Assembly (NCBI GenBank): GCA_963833095.1
Contig: CAWHWQ010000001.1
Location: 1-64,000 of the forward strand
DNA from: Vulcanimicrobiota bacterium
GTDB taxonomy: Bacteria > Vulcanimicrobiota > Vulcanimicrobiia > Vulcanimicrobiales > Vulcanimicrobiaceae
Reading direction: 5' to 3'
Length of the DNA: 64,000 nucleotides
Position 1 is the first letter of the stretch, and every line of letters starts with the position of its first letter. Under the pieces are notes generated by a model. The model saw nothing but the letters and a program-made list of their open reading frames with translations. It was not told the DNA's origin and searched no databases. This document shows positions 20,179-30,830 of this stretch, piece after piece. The translations under genes were made by a program, and so were the position numbers.

Positions 20179-21524
20179 TAGCGCTTGATGAACCCGCGGT
20201 AGTCACGCATGGCCAGACGCGCCTCAATCTGCGAGATGGTGTCGAGCGCAACGCCCACCACGATGAGCAGCGAAGTCGAGCCGAGATAGATCGTCGTGAT
20301 GCTCAAACCGCGCTCGAGAATATTCGGCGCGACGGCCAGGATGCCGAGGAAGAGCGCCGCTGCCGTCGTTAGGCGAACCAGAATCTTATTGAGATAGTCG
20401 ACCGTCGGCTGGCCGGGGCGAATGCCCGGAATGAACGCGCCCGTTTTCTTTAGGTTGTCAGCCACGTCGCGCGTATTGAGCACAATCGAGCTGTAGAAGA
20501 ACGTGAAGATCACGACGAGGAAAAAGTACGCGAAATTGTAGAGCGCCGAACCGGGCGAGAACCAGACGTTGATTGCTAGGTTCAAGGCCACCGTGTTCTC
20601 CGGGATTTGCATCGTCCAATTAACAAGCGGCAGCGTAAAGAGGTTGAACCACTTCGGATCGCCGGCGCCGTGGAGCCAAGTCAGTGCCTGCTGCGGCAGC
20701 AGTAGAATCGAGATCGCAAAGATGATCGAGATCACGCCCGCATTGTTGAGACGCAGGGGAATATAGGTCGAGCGCCCAGCGAACATCTTGCGGCCGACCA
20801 CCCGGCGGGCTTGCTGCACCGGAACGCGACGCTGGCCCTGGTACATGAAGATGATGCCGATGATGATCGCGATCGTGATTAGGACGAACAGGACGAGGTT
20901 GAGCAGCGAAAGGCCGCCGGTGCTCGCCGTTTTGTACGTCTCGGCCACGTACTGCGGGTAGCGCAGCACGATACCGATGAAAATGATCAGCGAGACGCCG
21001 TTGCCGATGCCCTTGTCGCTGATCTGCTCGCCGAGCCACATCAGGAAGAGCGTGCCGGCTACCAGCGCGACGATGGCGAAGAGCTGGTACCAAATGCTCG
21101 TGTCATAGAAGACACCGTACGCCTTCATCGCATTGGTCATGAAGGTCGCCTGGAGAATTGCGAGGACGATCGTGAGCCAGCGCGTGTACTGGCTGATCTT
21201 CTTACGCCCTTCCTCGCCGCCTTTTTTCGCGAGCTCCTCGAGCTGCGGCAGCACGACGGTCATCAACTGCATGATGATCGACGCGTTGATGAAAGGCGTG
21301 ATCCCCATCGCGATGATCGAGAGCTTCTGCAGTGCGCCGCCCGAGAGGAAGCCGAGCAGATTGTAGAAACCGCCGCCGCTCAGCGCTTTTGACCAGGCTT
21401 CTTGGTTCACGTTGGGCAGTTGCACGTGGATCATGAAGATGAACCACGCGAACGCAAAGAGCACGAAGCCGATGCGTTTGCGGATATCGGGAACTAAGAT
21501 CGCCGCCCGGAGATTATCGAACAC
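20178..21524 (-). CDS. secY: Preprotein translocase SecY
   Basis: SIIAMGITPFINASIIMQL, WLGEQI...GIGNGVSLII, FIPGIRPG, TSLLIVVGVALD. Confidence 0.98.
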   Translation of the reverse strand: MFDNLRAAILVPDIRKRIGFVLFAFAWFIFMIHVQLPNVNQEAWSKALSGGGFYNLLGFLSGGALQKLSIIAMGITPFINASIIMQLMTVVLPQLEELAKKGGEEGRKKISQYTRWLTIVLAILQATFMTNAMKAYGVFYDTSIWYQLFAIVALVAGTLFLMWLGEQISDKGIGNGVSLIIFIGIVLRYPQYVAETYKTASTGGLSLLNLVLFVLITIAIIIGIIFMYQGQRRVPVQQARRVVGRKMFAGRSTYIPLRLNNAGVISIIFAISILLLPQQALTWLHGAGDPKWFNLFTLPLVNWTMQIPENTVALNLAINVWFSPGSALYNFAYFFLVVIFTFFYSSIVLNTRDVADNLKKTGAFIPGIRPGQPTVDYLNKILVRLTTAAALFLGILAVAPNILERGLSITTIYLGSTSLLIVVGVALDTISQIEARLAMRDYRGFIKR

Positions 21525-22216
21525 TAGGCGTTCTCAGTGACTGGTTCGGGAATCGAGGCGCCGGCGGCCTTGAGCGCCTCGAGCGCGCTGGCCGAAAACA
21601 CGACGTCGCGGAATTTCAATCCCTGCGGGAGCGACTTTCCGCTCTTGCCGCCGCCGAGAATCTTCACGCCGTCCAAGGTAGAGCTAAGCAGGCCACGCTC
21701 TTTGAGCGATTCGGGCGAGACTTCGACGCTGGGATCCCACGCACTGAGCTGATGCAGATTGACGACCGCGTAGCGCGAACGGAAATGCCCGATGTCGCGA
21801 GCCTTCTGCGAATAGCCGCGCTTGTGCGGTAGACGCCGCGCCCACGGCGTCTGGCCGCCTTCGAACGCGGGGCCTTTACCGCCGCCTGAACGCACGGTTT
21901 GACCCTTGCCGCCTTCGCCGCCGGTCTTGACCATGCCCGAGCCGTGTCCGCGGCCGATCCGTTGACGTTTGGGCCACGATCCTTTCGCGGGTTTGAGCGC
22001 ACCGAGTTTGAGCAGGGCGCCGCTCGACGTTGCGAATGCGCCAGCACTCACGGTCGCGGTGCTTTTTGCAACGGTCGCCTTAGCAGGCGTCACTTTCTTT
22101 GCAGTCGCTTTAGGAGCGGTCGCTTTTTTTGCGGGCGACTTCTTGGCAGCAGTCGCCTTCGTGCTGGACTTTGCACTAGCACTGCTCTTTTTCGCCGTCG
22201 TCTTTTTCTCTGCCAT
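21524..22216 (-). CDS. rplO: 50S ribosomal protein L15 with Lys/Ala-rich N-terminal extension
   Basis: RIGRGHGSG..KTGG.G.KGQ..R, FEGGQTP, VKILG; ATG 22216 with SD-like AAGAAAG. Confidence 0.93.
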   Translation of the reverse strand: MAEKKTTAKKSSASAKSSTKATAAKKSPAKKATAPKATAKKVTPAKATVAKSTATVSAGAFATSSGALLKLGALKPAKGSWPKRQRIGRGHGSGMVKTGGEGGKGQTVRSGGGKGPAFEGGQTPWARRLPHKRGYSQKARDIGHFRSRYAVVNLHQLSAWDPSVEVSPESLKERGLLSSTLDGVKILGGGKSGKSLPQGLKFRDVVFSASALEALKAAGASIPEPVTENA

Positions 22217-22303
22217 AATGTCTTTCTTAAGAATTACCCGCACGATGCGGGTGAAGGTTCGGAGCACAAGACGTGCGTCCGGCCGCGGGCCGGGCCGAAT
22301 CGT

Positions 22304-22816
22304 CTATGCGGCGAAGATTTCCTTCTTCGTCTTGCCGCGAAGCGCGGCTACTTGGTCGGCCGTTTTGAGCGAACGCAGACCCTCGATCGTCGCGAGGACG
22401 ACGTTGATCGGATTGTTCGAGCCGAGTGACTTGCACAGGATGTCGTGAATGCCCGCAAGTTCGAGTACCGCGCGCATTGAGCCGCCGGCAATAACGCCGG
22501 TTCCGGGCGCCGCCGGCTTGAGCAGTACCTTCGCCGATCCGACCGTCATGTTCACGACGTGCGGTATGGTCTTCTCCACCATCGGCACGGTCACAAGATT
22601 TTTCTTGGCTTGCTCAACAGCCTTACGAATTGCTTCGGGCACTTCGCCGGCTTTGCCGATTGCGAATCCGACCTTGCCCTTGCGATCGCCGACCACGACG
22701 AGCGCGCTGAAGCTAAAGCGCTTACCGCCCTTGACGACCTTCGCAACGCGATTGACGCGCACGACGGTCTCTTCGAATCCACTGTTGTCGCGATCGCGAC
22801 CACCACGATAGTTCAT
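22304..22816 (-). CDS. rpsE: 30S ribosomal protein S5
   Basis: [34 protein letters not shown]. Confidence 0.98.
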   Translation of the reverse strand: MNYRGGRDRDNSGFEETVVRVNRVAKVVKGGKRFSFSALVVVGDRKGKVGFAIGKAGEVPEAIRKAVEQAKKNLVTVPMVEKTIPHVVNMTVGSAKVLLKPAAPGTGVIAGGSMRAVLELAGIHDILCKSLGSNNPINVVLATIEGLRSLKTADQVAALRGKTKKEIFAA

Positions 22817-23181
22817 TAGAAGTTCAGCCCCGCTTCACGCGCCGCATCGGCGAGTGCTTGTACACGTCCGTGATATTTATAACCGCCTCGGTCGAACACG
22901 ACCTCGGTGATACCCGCGGCCTTAGCCTTGGCCGCAATCGCTGCGCCCACGGCCTTTGCCGCATCGAGGTTGGTCTTGGAGCCCAGCGGCTCGCCGAGCG
23001 ATTTATCGCGCGTTGAAGCCGCCAAAAGGGTATGCCCCTTGGCGTCGTCGACAAGCGTCGCATAGATGTGATGCAGCGTGCGCCGCACCATCAGGCGCGG
23101 ACAACCGTTCGTCCCGGCAAGCTTCTTGCGAAGGCGCTGATGACGCGCGCGACGCGAGTCATCTTTGGAGATGCGCGCCAT
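22816..23181 (-). CDS. rplR: 50S ribosomal protein L18
   Basis: [26 protein letters not shown]. Confidence 0.97.
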   Translation of the reverse strand: MARISKDDSRRARHQRLRKKLAGTNGCPRLMVRRTLHHIYATLVDDAKGHTLLAASTRDKSLGEPLGSKTNLDAAKAVGAAIAAKAKAAGITEVVFDRGGYKYHGRVQALADAAREAGLNF

Positions 23182-23733
23182 TTACTTCTTTCCTGCCTTT
23201 CCGGCCTTACCGAGTTTCTTGCGAACGACCTCACCCTCGTAGCGAATGCCCTTGCCCTTGTAGGGTTCCGGCGCGCGCAGGGAGCGGATCTCCGCAGCGA
23301 CCTGACCGACCTGTTGCTTGTCGATACCGTCGACGTGAATTTTGTTCTGACCCTCGACCGAGAGCGAAATGCCCGTGGGCGCTTCGAACACGACCGGGTG
23401 CGAATAGCCTAGGCTCAGGTTCAGTTTCTCGCCCGCCTTTGCAGCGCGGTAACCGACGCCTTGAATCTCGAGACTCTTGCGGAAGCCTTTGCTGACGCCC
23501 TCGACCATGTTTGAAATCAAGGTACGCGTCAAACCGTGCGCTGAACGTTGCGGTTTCGCATCGCCCTTGCGCTCGACAATCACTTTTCCGTCTTCGAGCT
23601 TAACGTCGACGGCTTGCGTCAGAATGTTCTGACGCAACTCGCCCTTGGGCCCTTTGACGACCACCTCGCCCTCGCCCAGCGTCACGTTGACGCCGCTGGG
23701 AACGGCAACCGGCAGTTTTCCAATGCGCGACAT
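23182..23733 (-). CDS. rplF: 50S ribosomal protein L6
   Basis: MSRIGKLP, GVGYRA, PEPYKGKGIRY; start ATG 23733. Confidence 0.97.
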   Translation of the reverse strand: MSRIGKLPVAVPSGVNVTLGEGEVVVKGPKGELRQNILTQAVDVKLEDGKVIVERKGDAKPQRSAHGLTRTLISNMVEGVSKGFRKSLEIQGVGYRAAKAGEKLNLSLGYSHPVVFEAPTGISLSVEGQNKIHVDGIDKQQVGQVAAEIRSLRAPEPYKGKGIRYEGEVVRKKLGKAGKAGKK

Positions 23734-23743
23734 TTTTGCTTCC

Positions 23744-24145
23744 TTACCAGACGTACGCCAGGACTTCACCGCCGACGCCGAGCTTTTTGGCTCGTTTGCC
23801 GGACATGATGCCTTGCGATGTCGAGATGATGACCAAGCCCAAACCGCCGAGCACACGCGGAATCTCGGTCTTGCCCGTGTACACGCGCAAGCCGGGACGC
23901 GAAATGCGGCGCAAGCCGGTGATGACTTTTTCTTTCTCCGGTCCGTACTTGAGACGGATGCGAAGCGTGCCTTGCGGACCTTCGTTCACGCGCTCGACTT
24001 CCTCGATGAAGCCTTCATCTTTGAGGATCTGAGCAATCGCCGCCTTCACGCGCGACGCCGGAACATCCACCAGCTTGTGGTTGGCCGTGTTCGCGTTACG
24101 GATGCGTGTGAGCAGGTCGGCGACAGGATCGGTAATAGCAGCCAT
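23744..24145 (-). CDS. rpsH: 30S ribosomal protein S8
   Basis: [31 protein letters not shown]. Confidence 0.98.
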   Translation of the reverse strand: MAAITDPVADLLTRIRNANTANHKLVDVPASRVKAAIAQILKDEGFIEEVERVNEGPQGTLRIRLKYGPEKEKVITGLRRISRPGLRVYTGKTEIPRVLGGLGLVIISTSQGIMSGKRAKKLGVGGEVLAYVW

Positions 24146-24157
24146 TTTATGCTCCCT

Positions 24158-24343
24158 TTACCACGACGCCTTGGTCACGCCGGGAACGACGCCTTTGTGC
24201 GCGTTCTCGCGGAAGCAGATACGGCACATGGCAAACTTACGCAGATAGCCGCGCGGGCGTCCGCAGATCTTGCAACGATTGTGCGCGCGCACGCCGAACT
24301 TCGGCGTCCGCTGCGACTTCACGATCATGCTCGTTTTTGCCAT
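24158..24343 (-). CDS. rpsN: 30S ribosomal protein S14, short Zn-binding type Z
   Basis: 61 aa; RCKICGRPR...CRICFRE. Confidence 0.97.
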   Translation of the reverse strand: MAKTSMIVKSQRTPKFGVRAHNRCKICGRPRGYLRKFAMCRICFRENAHKGVVPGVTKASW

Positions 24344-24894
24344 TAGTTCCGTCCCTTCTGTAGCGGGAGTCCCATCGCGGTGAGAAACTCCGTCGCCTCT
24401 TCGTCCGACTTCGCCGTCGTGACGATCGTAATGTCCATGCCGCGCGCCTTGTCGACCTTGTCGAAGTTGACCTCCGGGAAGACCAGCTGCTCGCGCAGGC
24501 CCAAATTGTAGTTGCCCCGTCCGTCGAACGATTTCGGCGGAAGACCGCGGAAGTCGCGGATACGCGGCAATACGATATTGAATAACTTGTCCAAGAAGAT
24601 ATACATCCGATCCCCACGGAGCGTAACCTTGGCGCCGATGTTCATGCCTTCGCGCAGCTTAAACGCCGCGATCGACTTCTTCGCCTTTGTCACGATCGGC
24701 TTCTGACCGGTAATCTGCGTCAGCTCAGCGACGGCCAGGTCAAGCGCCTTGGCGTTGACGATCGCGTCGCCCACGCTCATGTTCACGACGACCTTCTCGA
24801 GCTTAGGGATCTGCTCGACGTTCTTGTAGCCGAACTTTTCCTGCAGCTGCTTGCGCACCGAACTCTTGTACTTTTCTTTCAAACGCGTTTCCAT
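24343..24894 (-). CDS. rplE: 50S ribosomal protein L5
   Basis: [39 protein letters not shown]. Confidence 0.98.
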   Translation of the reverse strand: METRLKEKYKSSVRKQLQEKFGYKNVEQIPKLEKVVVNMSVGDAIVNAKALDLAVAELTQITGQKPIVTKAKKSIAAFKLREGMNIGAKVTLRGDRMYIFLDKLFNIVLPRIRDFRGLPPKSFDGRGNYNLGLREQLVFPEVNFDKVDKARGMDITIVTTAKSDEEATEFLTAMGLPLQKGRN

Positions 24895-24897
24895 TCG

Positions 24898-25257
24898 TTA
24901 CGCCCCCTTCGCCGACTCACGAGCCGGCTCGCCGCACTTCACGCACACGCGGTGCGCGACGCCGTCGGCGGTGCGACCGCGACGAAGACGCGTCGGCGTT
25001 TTGCACTTCTCGCAGACGTATTGGAGCGAAGAGATCGGAAGCGGCGCTTCCTTCTCGATGATGCCACCGCTTTGCGCTGCACCCATGTTGCCGCGCTCTT
25101 GGCCGGCCTTGGTGTGGCGCTTGACGATGTTGAGGCCTTCGACAGTCGCCTGGCCGGCATCGGCGAAGACCGCCTTGATCACGCCGCGCTTGCCCTTTTC
25201 TTTGCCGCGACGGATCATCACGGTATCGCCTTTGACGATGTTTGGCTTCAAAGCCAT
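24898..25257 (-). CDS. rplX: 50S ribosomal protein L24
   Basis: KGDTV....GK.KGKRG, GGIIEKEAP, C-terminal CxxC pairs. Confidence 0.96.
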   Translation of the reverse strand: MALKPNIVKGDTVMIRRGKEKGKRGVIKAVFADAGQATVEGLNIVKRHTKAGQERGNMGAAQSGGIIEKEAPLPISSLQYVCEKCKTPTRLRRGRTADGVAHRVCVKCGEPARESAKGA

Positions 25258-25259
25258 GG

Positions 25260-25637
25260 TTAGAGCACCTCCGGTGCCAGCGAGGCGATCTTAAGGAAGC
25301 CGCGGTCGCGCAGTTCGCGCATAACCGGCCCGAACACGCGCGTGCCGCGCGGATCGAGGTTGTCCTTTTCGCCCTTGATGATGACGCATGCGTTGTCGTC
25401 GCAGCGCACGACCGACCCATCGGGACGACGGATCGGCGCCGAGGTGCGCACGATCACGGCTTTGACGACTTGTCCTTTTTTCACGGCCGCACCCGGAATC
25501 GCGCTCTTGACCGTGCCGACGACGATATCGCCGACGTGCGCGTAGGCGTGACGACTCCCGCCGCTGACGTGAATCACCAGCAGCTCTCGAGCCCCACTGT
25601 TGTCGGCCACTTTGAGCCGAGTCTCTTGTTGAATCAT
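25260..25637 (-). CDS. rplN: 50S ribosomal protein L14
   Basis: [31 protein letters not shown]; start ATG 25637. Confidence 0.98.
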   Translation of the reverse strand: MIQQETRLKVADNSGARELLVIHVSGGSRHAYAHVGDIVVGTVKSAIPGAAVKKGQVVKAVIVRTSAPIRRPDGSVVRCDDNACVIIKGEKDNLDPRGTRVFGPVMRELRDRGFLKIASLAPEVL

Positions 25638-25641
25638 GTTC

Positions 25642-25911
25642 TTATTTTGCTCGCTCGACGATTTCGACCAGGCGCCAGCGCTTGTCGCGCGAGAGCGGCC
25701 GGCACTCCATAATACGAACGATATCGCCGATCTTGGCTTCGTTCTTCTCGTCGTGCGCCTTGAAGCGCGTCGACTTGCGCACGATCTTGCCGTACGTCGG
25801 ATGCGGTACACGCGTCTCCGTAACGACGACGATCGTCTTGTCCATCTTGTCCGACGCGACGCGGCCTTGCTTCACGCGGCGTTGCACCGCTCTAACGTTA
25901 TGCTGCTCCAT
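25642..25911 (-). CDS. rpsQ: 30S ribosomal protein S17
   Basis: [22 protein letters not shown]. Confidence 0.97.
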   Translation of the reverse strand: MEQHNVRAVQRRVKQGRVASDKMDKTIVVVTETRVPHPTYGKIVRKSTRFKAHDEKNEAKIGDIVRIMECRPLSRDKRWRLVEIVERAK

Positions 25912-26119
25912 GCTGCTCCTCGGCCATTCGCTTCTCGGAAATGACGGTCTGAATCTGGGCGTACGCGCGGCGCATCGCCTTGATCTTGCTGAAATCGGTC
26001 AGATGCCCGGTCCGAAGCGCAAAGCGCAGGTTGAAGAGCTCCGACTTGGTATCGCGCGCCTTTTGCTTGAGCTCGTCAACCGTGAGGCCACGCAATTCAT
26101 TTAACTCACCCTGCTTCAT
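25898..26119 (-). CDS. rpmC: 50S ribosomal protein L29
   Basis: ELFNLRF motif and position between rplP and rpsQ. Confidence 0.95.
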   Translation of the reverse strand: MKQGELNELRGLTVDELKQKARDTKSELFNLRFALRTGHLTDFSKIKAMRRAYAQIQTVISEKRMAEEQHGAA

Positions 26120-26535
26120 GCCGATGCCTCCTCGCGCGAAACGAGCTTCGTTGCGATCGGAAGTTTGGAAGCTGCGAGACGCAGTGCTTCCTTTGCAACC
26201 GTCGGCTCGACGCCGGAAAGCTCAAAGAGCACGCGTCCCGGGCGCACCACGGCAACCCAGAACTCCGGATTACCTTTGCCGGCGCCCATGCGGACTTCAG
26301 CAGGCTTCTTCGTGACGGGCTTGTCGGGGAAGACCTTGATCCACACCTTACCGCCGCGTTTGATATGACGCGTCATTGCAATACGCGCGGCTTCGATTTG
26401 GCGATTGGTCATCCAACACGGCTCCATCGCTTGCAGACCGAACTCGCCGAACGTCAGGGTGCTGCCGCGCGAAGCGCGCCCGGTCATACGACCACGTTGC
26501 ACCTTGCGCCACTTCACTCGTTTAGGCGTCAACAT
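26116..26535 (-). CDS. rplP: 50S ribosomal protein L16
   Basis: [27 protein letters not shown]. Confidence 0.98.
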   Translation of the reverse strand: MLTPKRVKWRKVQRGRMTGRASRGSTLTFGEFGLQAMEPCWMTNRQIEAARIAMTRHIKRGGKVWIKVFPDKPVTKKPAEVRMGAGKGNPEFWVAVVRPGRVLFELSGVEPTVAKEALRLAASKLPIATKLVSREEASA

Positions 26536-27444
26536 TTATTCCGCACTCCCTTCGGCCACCGGCGCGCCGCCTTCATACGGTGCGTTGGCCCCATTCGACT
26601 CGCTACGCTCGCTCAGGACGGAAGGCTCTAAGGTAGCGTCGCCGTCGACGACGACCGGCTCACTCGAGGGCTCGCCGGCTGTTCCCAGGGCGCCGTTGGG
26701 CCGTCCGCCCGGAGCCGGCGCGCCAGCGCGTCCACGGCCACGGCCGCCGCGCTCGCGGCGATCGCGGAATCCGCCCTGACGCTCGGCCCGATCGACGGTA
26801 TTGGATTGACGCGGCTGGTCAGGAAGAACCTCACCGCGATAGATCCATACCTTGACGCCGATGCGCCCGAACGTGGTGAACGCTTCGACGTGCGCATAGT
26901 CGATGTCGGCGCGCAGCGTGTGCAGCGGCACCTTTCCATCGGCATTGCGCTCGGTGCGCGCGATTTCCGCGCCGCCCAAACGGCCTGAGACTTGCACTTT
27001 CACGCCGCGCGCGCCGGCTTTCATGGTACGCATGATCGCCTGCTTCATGGCACGGCGGAACGCGATCCGCTTCTCGAGCTGATCGACGATGTTCTGGCCC
27101 ACAAGGCGCGCGTCGAGCTCGGGATGCTTGATCTCCATCACGTTGACTTGCACGTTCTTGCCGGTCAGCTTTTCGAGATTCTTGCGGATCTCTTCGATGC
27201 CCACGCCGCGCTTGCCGATGATGATACCGGGCTTGGCGGTGTTCACAATCACGCGCGCTTGATTGGCGCGACGTTCGATCTCGATCTTGCTGATCGCGGC
27301 CGAACGCATCCACTTATTGAAGAACTGACGGATCTTGACGTCTTCGTGCAGCCATTCGATGTAATGCTTTTTCTCGAACCAGCGGCTGTCCCACGTACGC
27401 GTGATGCCCAGGCGAAGGCCGACCGGATGTATTTTCTGACCCAT
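26536..27444 (-). CDS. rpsC: 30S ribosomal protein S3 with long C-terminal tail
   Basis: [42 protein letters not shown]. Confidence 0.98.
   Translation of the reverse strand: MGQKIHPVGLRLGITRTWDSRWFEKKHYIEWLHEDVKIRQFFNKWMRSAAISKIEIERRANQARVIVNTAKPGIIIGKRGVGIEEIRKNLEKLTGKNVQVNVMEIKHPELDARLVGQNIVDQLEKRIAFRRAMKQAIMRTMKAGARGVKVQVSGRLGGAEIARTERNADGKVPLHTLRADIDYAHVEAFTTFGRIGVKVWIYRGEVLPDQPRQSNTVDRAERQGGFRDRRERGGRGRGRAGAPAPGGRPNGALGTAGEPSSEPVVVDGDATLEPSVLSERSESNGANAPYEGGAPVAEGSAE
26589..26623 (-). repeat. Degenerate palindromic repeat copy, in frame inside the rpsC tail
   Basis: Minus strand gtcctgagcgagcgtagcgagtcgaatggg resembles the arms at 37841 and 52684; encodes [11 protein letters not shown]. 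Confidence 0.55.
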
Positions 27445-27447
27445 AGG

Positions 27448-27921
27448 TTAGGCGGTTGCCTCCGCAGCTTTCGCAGTACGTTTGGAAGTCGCGCGACGAA
27501 CCGGCGCACGCTTGGTCGAAACGGCGGCGCCGCTGCGCGCCTTGCGTTTCTTGACCGGCGGCGTTTCGCTCACGACGACGGTCACGTGCGAGAGACGCTT
27601 GCGCTTGAAGTACGCGCGCCCTTGAGCACGCGGATCCAGGCGTTTCGTAAAGCGGCCGCCGGGGCCACCATCGACCGTAATGCGCGCGATAAAAAGCTCG
27701 TCGGTGTTCATATCGTGGTTGTTGCCCGCATTAGCGACGGCACTACGCACGAGCTTCTCGATCGGCTCGGCGGCATAGACGCCCGCAAACTTGAGCATAG
27801 CGAGCGCTTCACGCACGCTCTTGCCGCGAATCGCGTCCGCGACGCGGCGCAGCTTGCGCGGCGCCATACGCACGAACTTCAGATGCGCGACAGCTTGTTG
27901 CTGAGCCTGAGTATCTGCCAT
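27448..27921 (-). CDS. rplV: 50S ribosomal protein L22 with basic C-terminal tail
   Basis: PRKLRRVADAIRGK, SAVANA, PRAQGRA, SHVTVVV. Confidence 0.97.
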   Translation of the reverse strand: MADTQAQQQAVAHLKFVRMAPRKLRRVADAIRGKSVREALAMLKFAGVYAAEPIEKLVRSAVANAGNNHDMNTDELFIARITVDGGPGGRFTKRLDPRAQGRAYFKRKRLSHVTVVVSETPPVKKRKARSGAAVSTKRAPVRRATSKRTAKAAEATA

Positions 27922-28196
27922 CACTTCACCGCTGCCTTGTCGCCGCCGTGGCCACGGAAGCTGCGCGTGGGCGCAAACTCGCCGAGCTTATGACCGACCA
28001 TATTTTCCGTGACATAAACCGGAACGTGCGCTCTGCCGTTGTGCACGCCGATGGTATGACCTACCATCGCGGGCACGATCGTCGACGCGCGGCTCCACGT
28101 TTTAACGACGCGCTTCTCGCGCGTTTCGTTGAGTTTCTCCACCTTCTTGAGCAGATGGTCTGCGACGAAGGGGCCCTTCTTAAGGCTGCGACCCAT
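27921..28196 (-). CDS. rpsS: 30S ribosomal protein S19
   Basis: [26 protein letters not shown]. Confidence 0.98.
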   Translation of the reverse strand: MGRSLKKGPFVADHLLKKVEKLNETREKRVVKTWSRASTIVPAMVGHTIGVHNGRAHVPVYVTENMVGHKLGEFAPTRSFRGHGGDKAAVK

Positions 28197-29023
28197 TACT
28201 TGGAACCTCGCTTACGAACGATCATCTTGGTCGTGCGCTTGTTGCGGCGCGTTTTCTTACCCATAGTCATCTGACCCCATGGCGTGGTTGGCGGACGTCC
28301 CGACGTGGAACGCGCTTCACCGCCGCCGTGCGGGTGGTCGACCGGATTCATCGCGATACCGCGAACCGACGGACGTTTGCCTAGATGGCGTGAACGGCCG
28401 GCTTTGCCGATTACTTGGTTTTCGTGTTCGATATTGCCGAGCTGGCCGATCGTCGCGCGGCACTCGATGTGAATCTTGCGCACTTCGCCCGACGGCATGC
28501 GCACTTGCGAATACTCGTCCTCTTTGGCCATGAGCTGCGCGGCAACGCCGGCTGAACGCACGAGCTTACCGCCCTGTCCGGCGCGCAGCTCGATGTTGTG
28601 AATCACGGTACCGACCGGAATGTTCTTGATCGGGAGACAGTTGCCGGGCTTGATGTCGGCTCCGCTGCCCGATTCCACGACGTCGCCGACCTTGAGGCCC
28701 AGCGGCGCGAGGATGTAGCGCTTCTCACCGTCTTTGTAGTGCAGCAATGCAATGCGCGAGCTGCGGTTTGGATCGTACTCGACCGTCGCGACCTTGGCCG
28801 GAATCCCGTCCTTGGTACGCTTGAAGTCGATGATCCGATATTGCTTGCGCGTGCCGCCGCCTTTATGGCGGACGGTGATGTGCCCGTTGTTATTGCGACC
28901 CGAATGCTTCTTGCGAACCTCGACGAGCGACCGCTCGGGATCCACTTTCGAAAGATCCGAGAAATCCATCGTGGTTACGAAGCGACGGCCGGGGCTGGTC
29001 GGACGATATTTCTTTACTGGCAT
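28196..29023 (-). CDS. rplB: 50S ribosomal protein L2
   Basis: [20 protein letters not shown]. Confidence 0.98.
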   Translation of the reverse strand: MPVKKYRPTSPGRRFVTTMDFSDLSKVDPERSLVEVRKKHSGRNNNGHITVRHKGGGTRKQYRIIDFKRTKDGIPAKVATVEYDPNRSSRIALLHYKDGEKRYILAPLGLKVGDVVESGSGADIKPGNCLPIKNIPVGTVIHNIELRAGQGGKLVRSAGVAAQLMAKEDEYSQVRMPSGEVRKIHIECRATIGQLGNIEHENQVIGKAGRSRHLGKRPSVRGIAMNPVDHPHGGGEARSTSGRPPTTPWGQMTMGKKTRRNKRTTKMIVRKRGSK

Positions 29024-29024
29024 C

Positions 29025-29333
29025 TTATTGCTCGAAGTAGTTGACGCCGCCCAGTTCGATTTTCTGGCCGGCCTTCAGAGTGACGATAGCCTTCTTGAAA
29101 TCGCTTTGCTTACCGCTGGTGCGGTTGCCGCGACGCGCGAAGTTGCGAGCTTTGCCACGCACGTTGACCGTGTTGACGCTCATTACGTTCACGCTAAAGA
29201 TCTGTTCGATCGCGTGACGAATCTGCGTCTTGGTCGCCTGCGAGTGGACGACGAACGTATATTGCGTGCCAAGCGCATTAGCCATCGATTTCTCGGTAAT
29301 GCGCGGCGAGAGGATCACATCGCGTGCGTCCAT
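29025..29333 (-). CDS. rplW: 50S ribosomal protein L23
   Basis: P.ITEKS, ATKTQI..AIE, KKAIVTL. Confidence 0.96.
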   Translation of the reverse strand: MDARDVILSPRITEKSMANALGTQYTFVVHSQATKTQIRHAIEQIFSVNVMSVNTVNVRGKARNFARRGNRTSGKQSDFKKAIVTLKAGQKIELGGVNYFEQ

Positions 29334-29990
29334 CTACTTTGCCTTCCCTGCGGTGAAGTTCGCGCCGATCGCGTCAAATGCGTCAGCCGTGAAGATGATA
29401 CGCTCGTAGCGCAGCACATCTTTGATGTCCAGCGCGCTGGTGTCGGTGACGGCAACTCTTTGCAGATTGCGCGCAACACGTGCGAGCGCGTCCGCAGCGG
29501 TCTCGCCCTTGCCCGTCACGATCAGCGTCGACGGCCCGGTCTTGGCAGCCTTGGCGCTCCCGAAGAGCAGTTTAGCGAAGTCCGCGGTCTTGGTCAGCGC
29601 GAAGCCGGCCAGATCGAGCACTGTGACCGCATCATTTTTGAAACGATCGGAAAGCGCGGCGACGAACGCGAGCTTGCGCTCCTTCTTATTGAGGTCGGTG
29701 ACATAGCTGCGCGGCTGCGGTCCGAAGACAACGCCGCCGTGGCGCCACTGCGGTGAGCGAATCGAACCCTGGCGCGCGCGCCCGGTTCCCTTCTGCTTCC
29801 AGGGCTTGCGACCACCGCCGGCGACTTCGTCGCGCTTCTTGGTGGACGCCGTCCCCGCGCGCGGGCTTGCCATTTCGCGAAACACCGCACGGAAGATCGT
29901 GTGGCTCTTTTCGCTGTGATCTTGCGTGAAGGCCGCAGGCGTTTGCACGTCGCGCACGACCTTGCCGCTTGCGTCGATAACGTTCGGCAT
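29334..29990 (-). CDS. rplD: 50S ribosomal protein L4
   Basis: [30 protein letters not shown]. Confidence 0.97.
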   Translation of the reverse strand: MPNVIDASGKVVRDVQTPAAFTQDHSEKSHTIFRAVFREMASPRAGTASTKKRDEVAGGGRKPWKQKGTGRARQGSIRSPQWRHGGVVFGPQPRSYVTDLNKKERKLAFVAALSDRFKNDAVTVLDLAGFALTKTADFAKLLFGSAKAAKTGPSTLIVTGKGETAADALARVARNLQRVAVTDTSALDIKDVLRYERIIFTADAFDAIGANFTAGKAK

Positions 29991-29993
29991 TGC

Positions 29994-30632
29994 TTACGCC
30001 CCCGTTTCTGCTTTGTGCTTCACGCTTGCGCGCAGCACGACGAGGGCGTTTTTGGGGCCCGGCACCGGTCCGCGCACGAGCAGCAAGTTGCGCTCGACAT
30101 CCGCGCGAACCACTTCGAGGTTCTGCATCGTCGTGCGGTCGACGCCGTAGTGACCAGGACGTCGCGCACCCTTCGGAACGCGTCCCGCGTTGGTGTCGCC
30201 GTTGGACGCCGGCTGACGATGAATCATCGAGCCGTGGCTTGCGCCGCCGCCTCGAAAATTATGACGTTTGATGCCGCCCGAAAAACCGTGGCCTTTCGAG
30301 ATGCCGACGACGTCCACGCGGTCGCCTGGTTCAAAACCGGCAACCGTGATTGTTTGGCCGACTTCGACGCCGTCGATGCCGGTGCGAAACTCGCGCACGA
30401 AGCGCGCCGCCTCGACGCCTTGTTTCTTGAAATGTCCAGCAAGGGCACGGGTAACGCGGGACTTCTTAACCGCGCCGAAGCCGAGCGCAACGGCGTCATA
30501 GCCATGCGACTCTTTCGTGCGGCGTTCCACGACCGTGCAGGGACCGGCTTCGATCACCGTGACCGGAACGTTACGTCCGTCGTCGGTGAACACGCTCGTC
30601 ATCCCAACCTTGCGGCCAAGGATATTTTTCAC
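29994..30632 (-). CDS. rplC: 50S ribosomal protein L3
   Basis: ILGRKVGMT, SKGHGF.G.IKRHNF, GPVPG; GTG start 30632 after GAGGA. Confidence 0.97.
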   Translation of the reverse strand: MKNILGRKVGMTSVFTDDGRNVPVTVIEAGPCTVVERRTKESHGYDAVALGFGAVKKSRVTRALAGHFKKQGVEAARFVREFRTGIDGVEVGQTITVAGFEPGDRVDVVGISKGHGFSGGIKRHNFRGGGASHGSMIHRQPASNGDTNAGRVPKGARRPGHYGVDRTTMQNLEVVRADVERNLLLVRGPVPGPKNALVVLRASVKHKAETGA

Positions 30633-30741
30633 TTGAATCCTCGCCCTGAGAGCTGGTAAGCACACGGGTCCACGCGTACTGCTATTTGCTTTTACCGGCA
30701 CGCGCGAAGAGAGCGCGGACCGGCTGGACCACAACCTCGGC

Positions 30742-30770
30742 ACTATATCAAGGTGGCGCCCCACCGTCAA
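30742..30770 (-). promoter_or_regulatory. sigma70 promoter for the rplC...rpsM block
   Basis: TTGACG-N17-TATAGT with extended -10 TG. Confidence 0.8.
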
Positions 30771-30830
30771 GAGGGTTTGGCCGTCCTTTGGACGGACGCA
30801 CCCCCTGTGCTCCACTCCTTCGGTCGCTTC

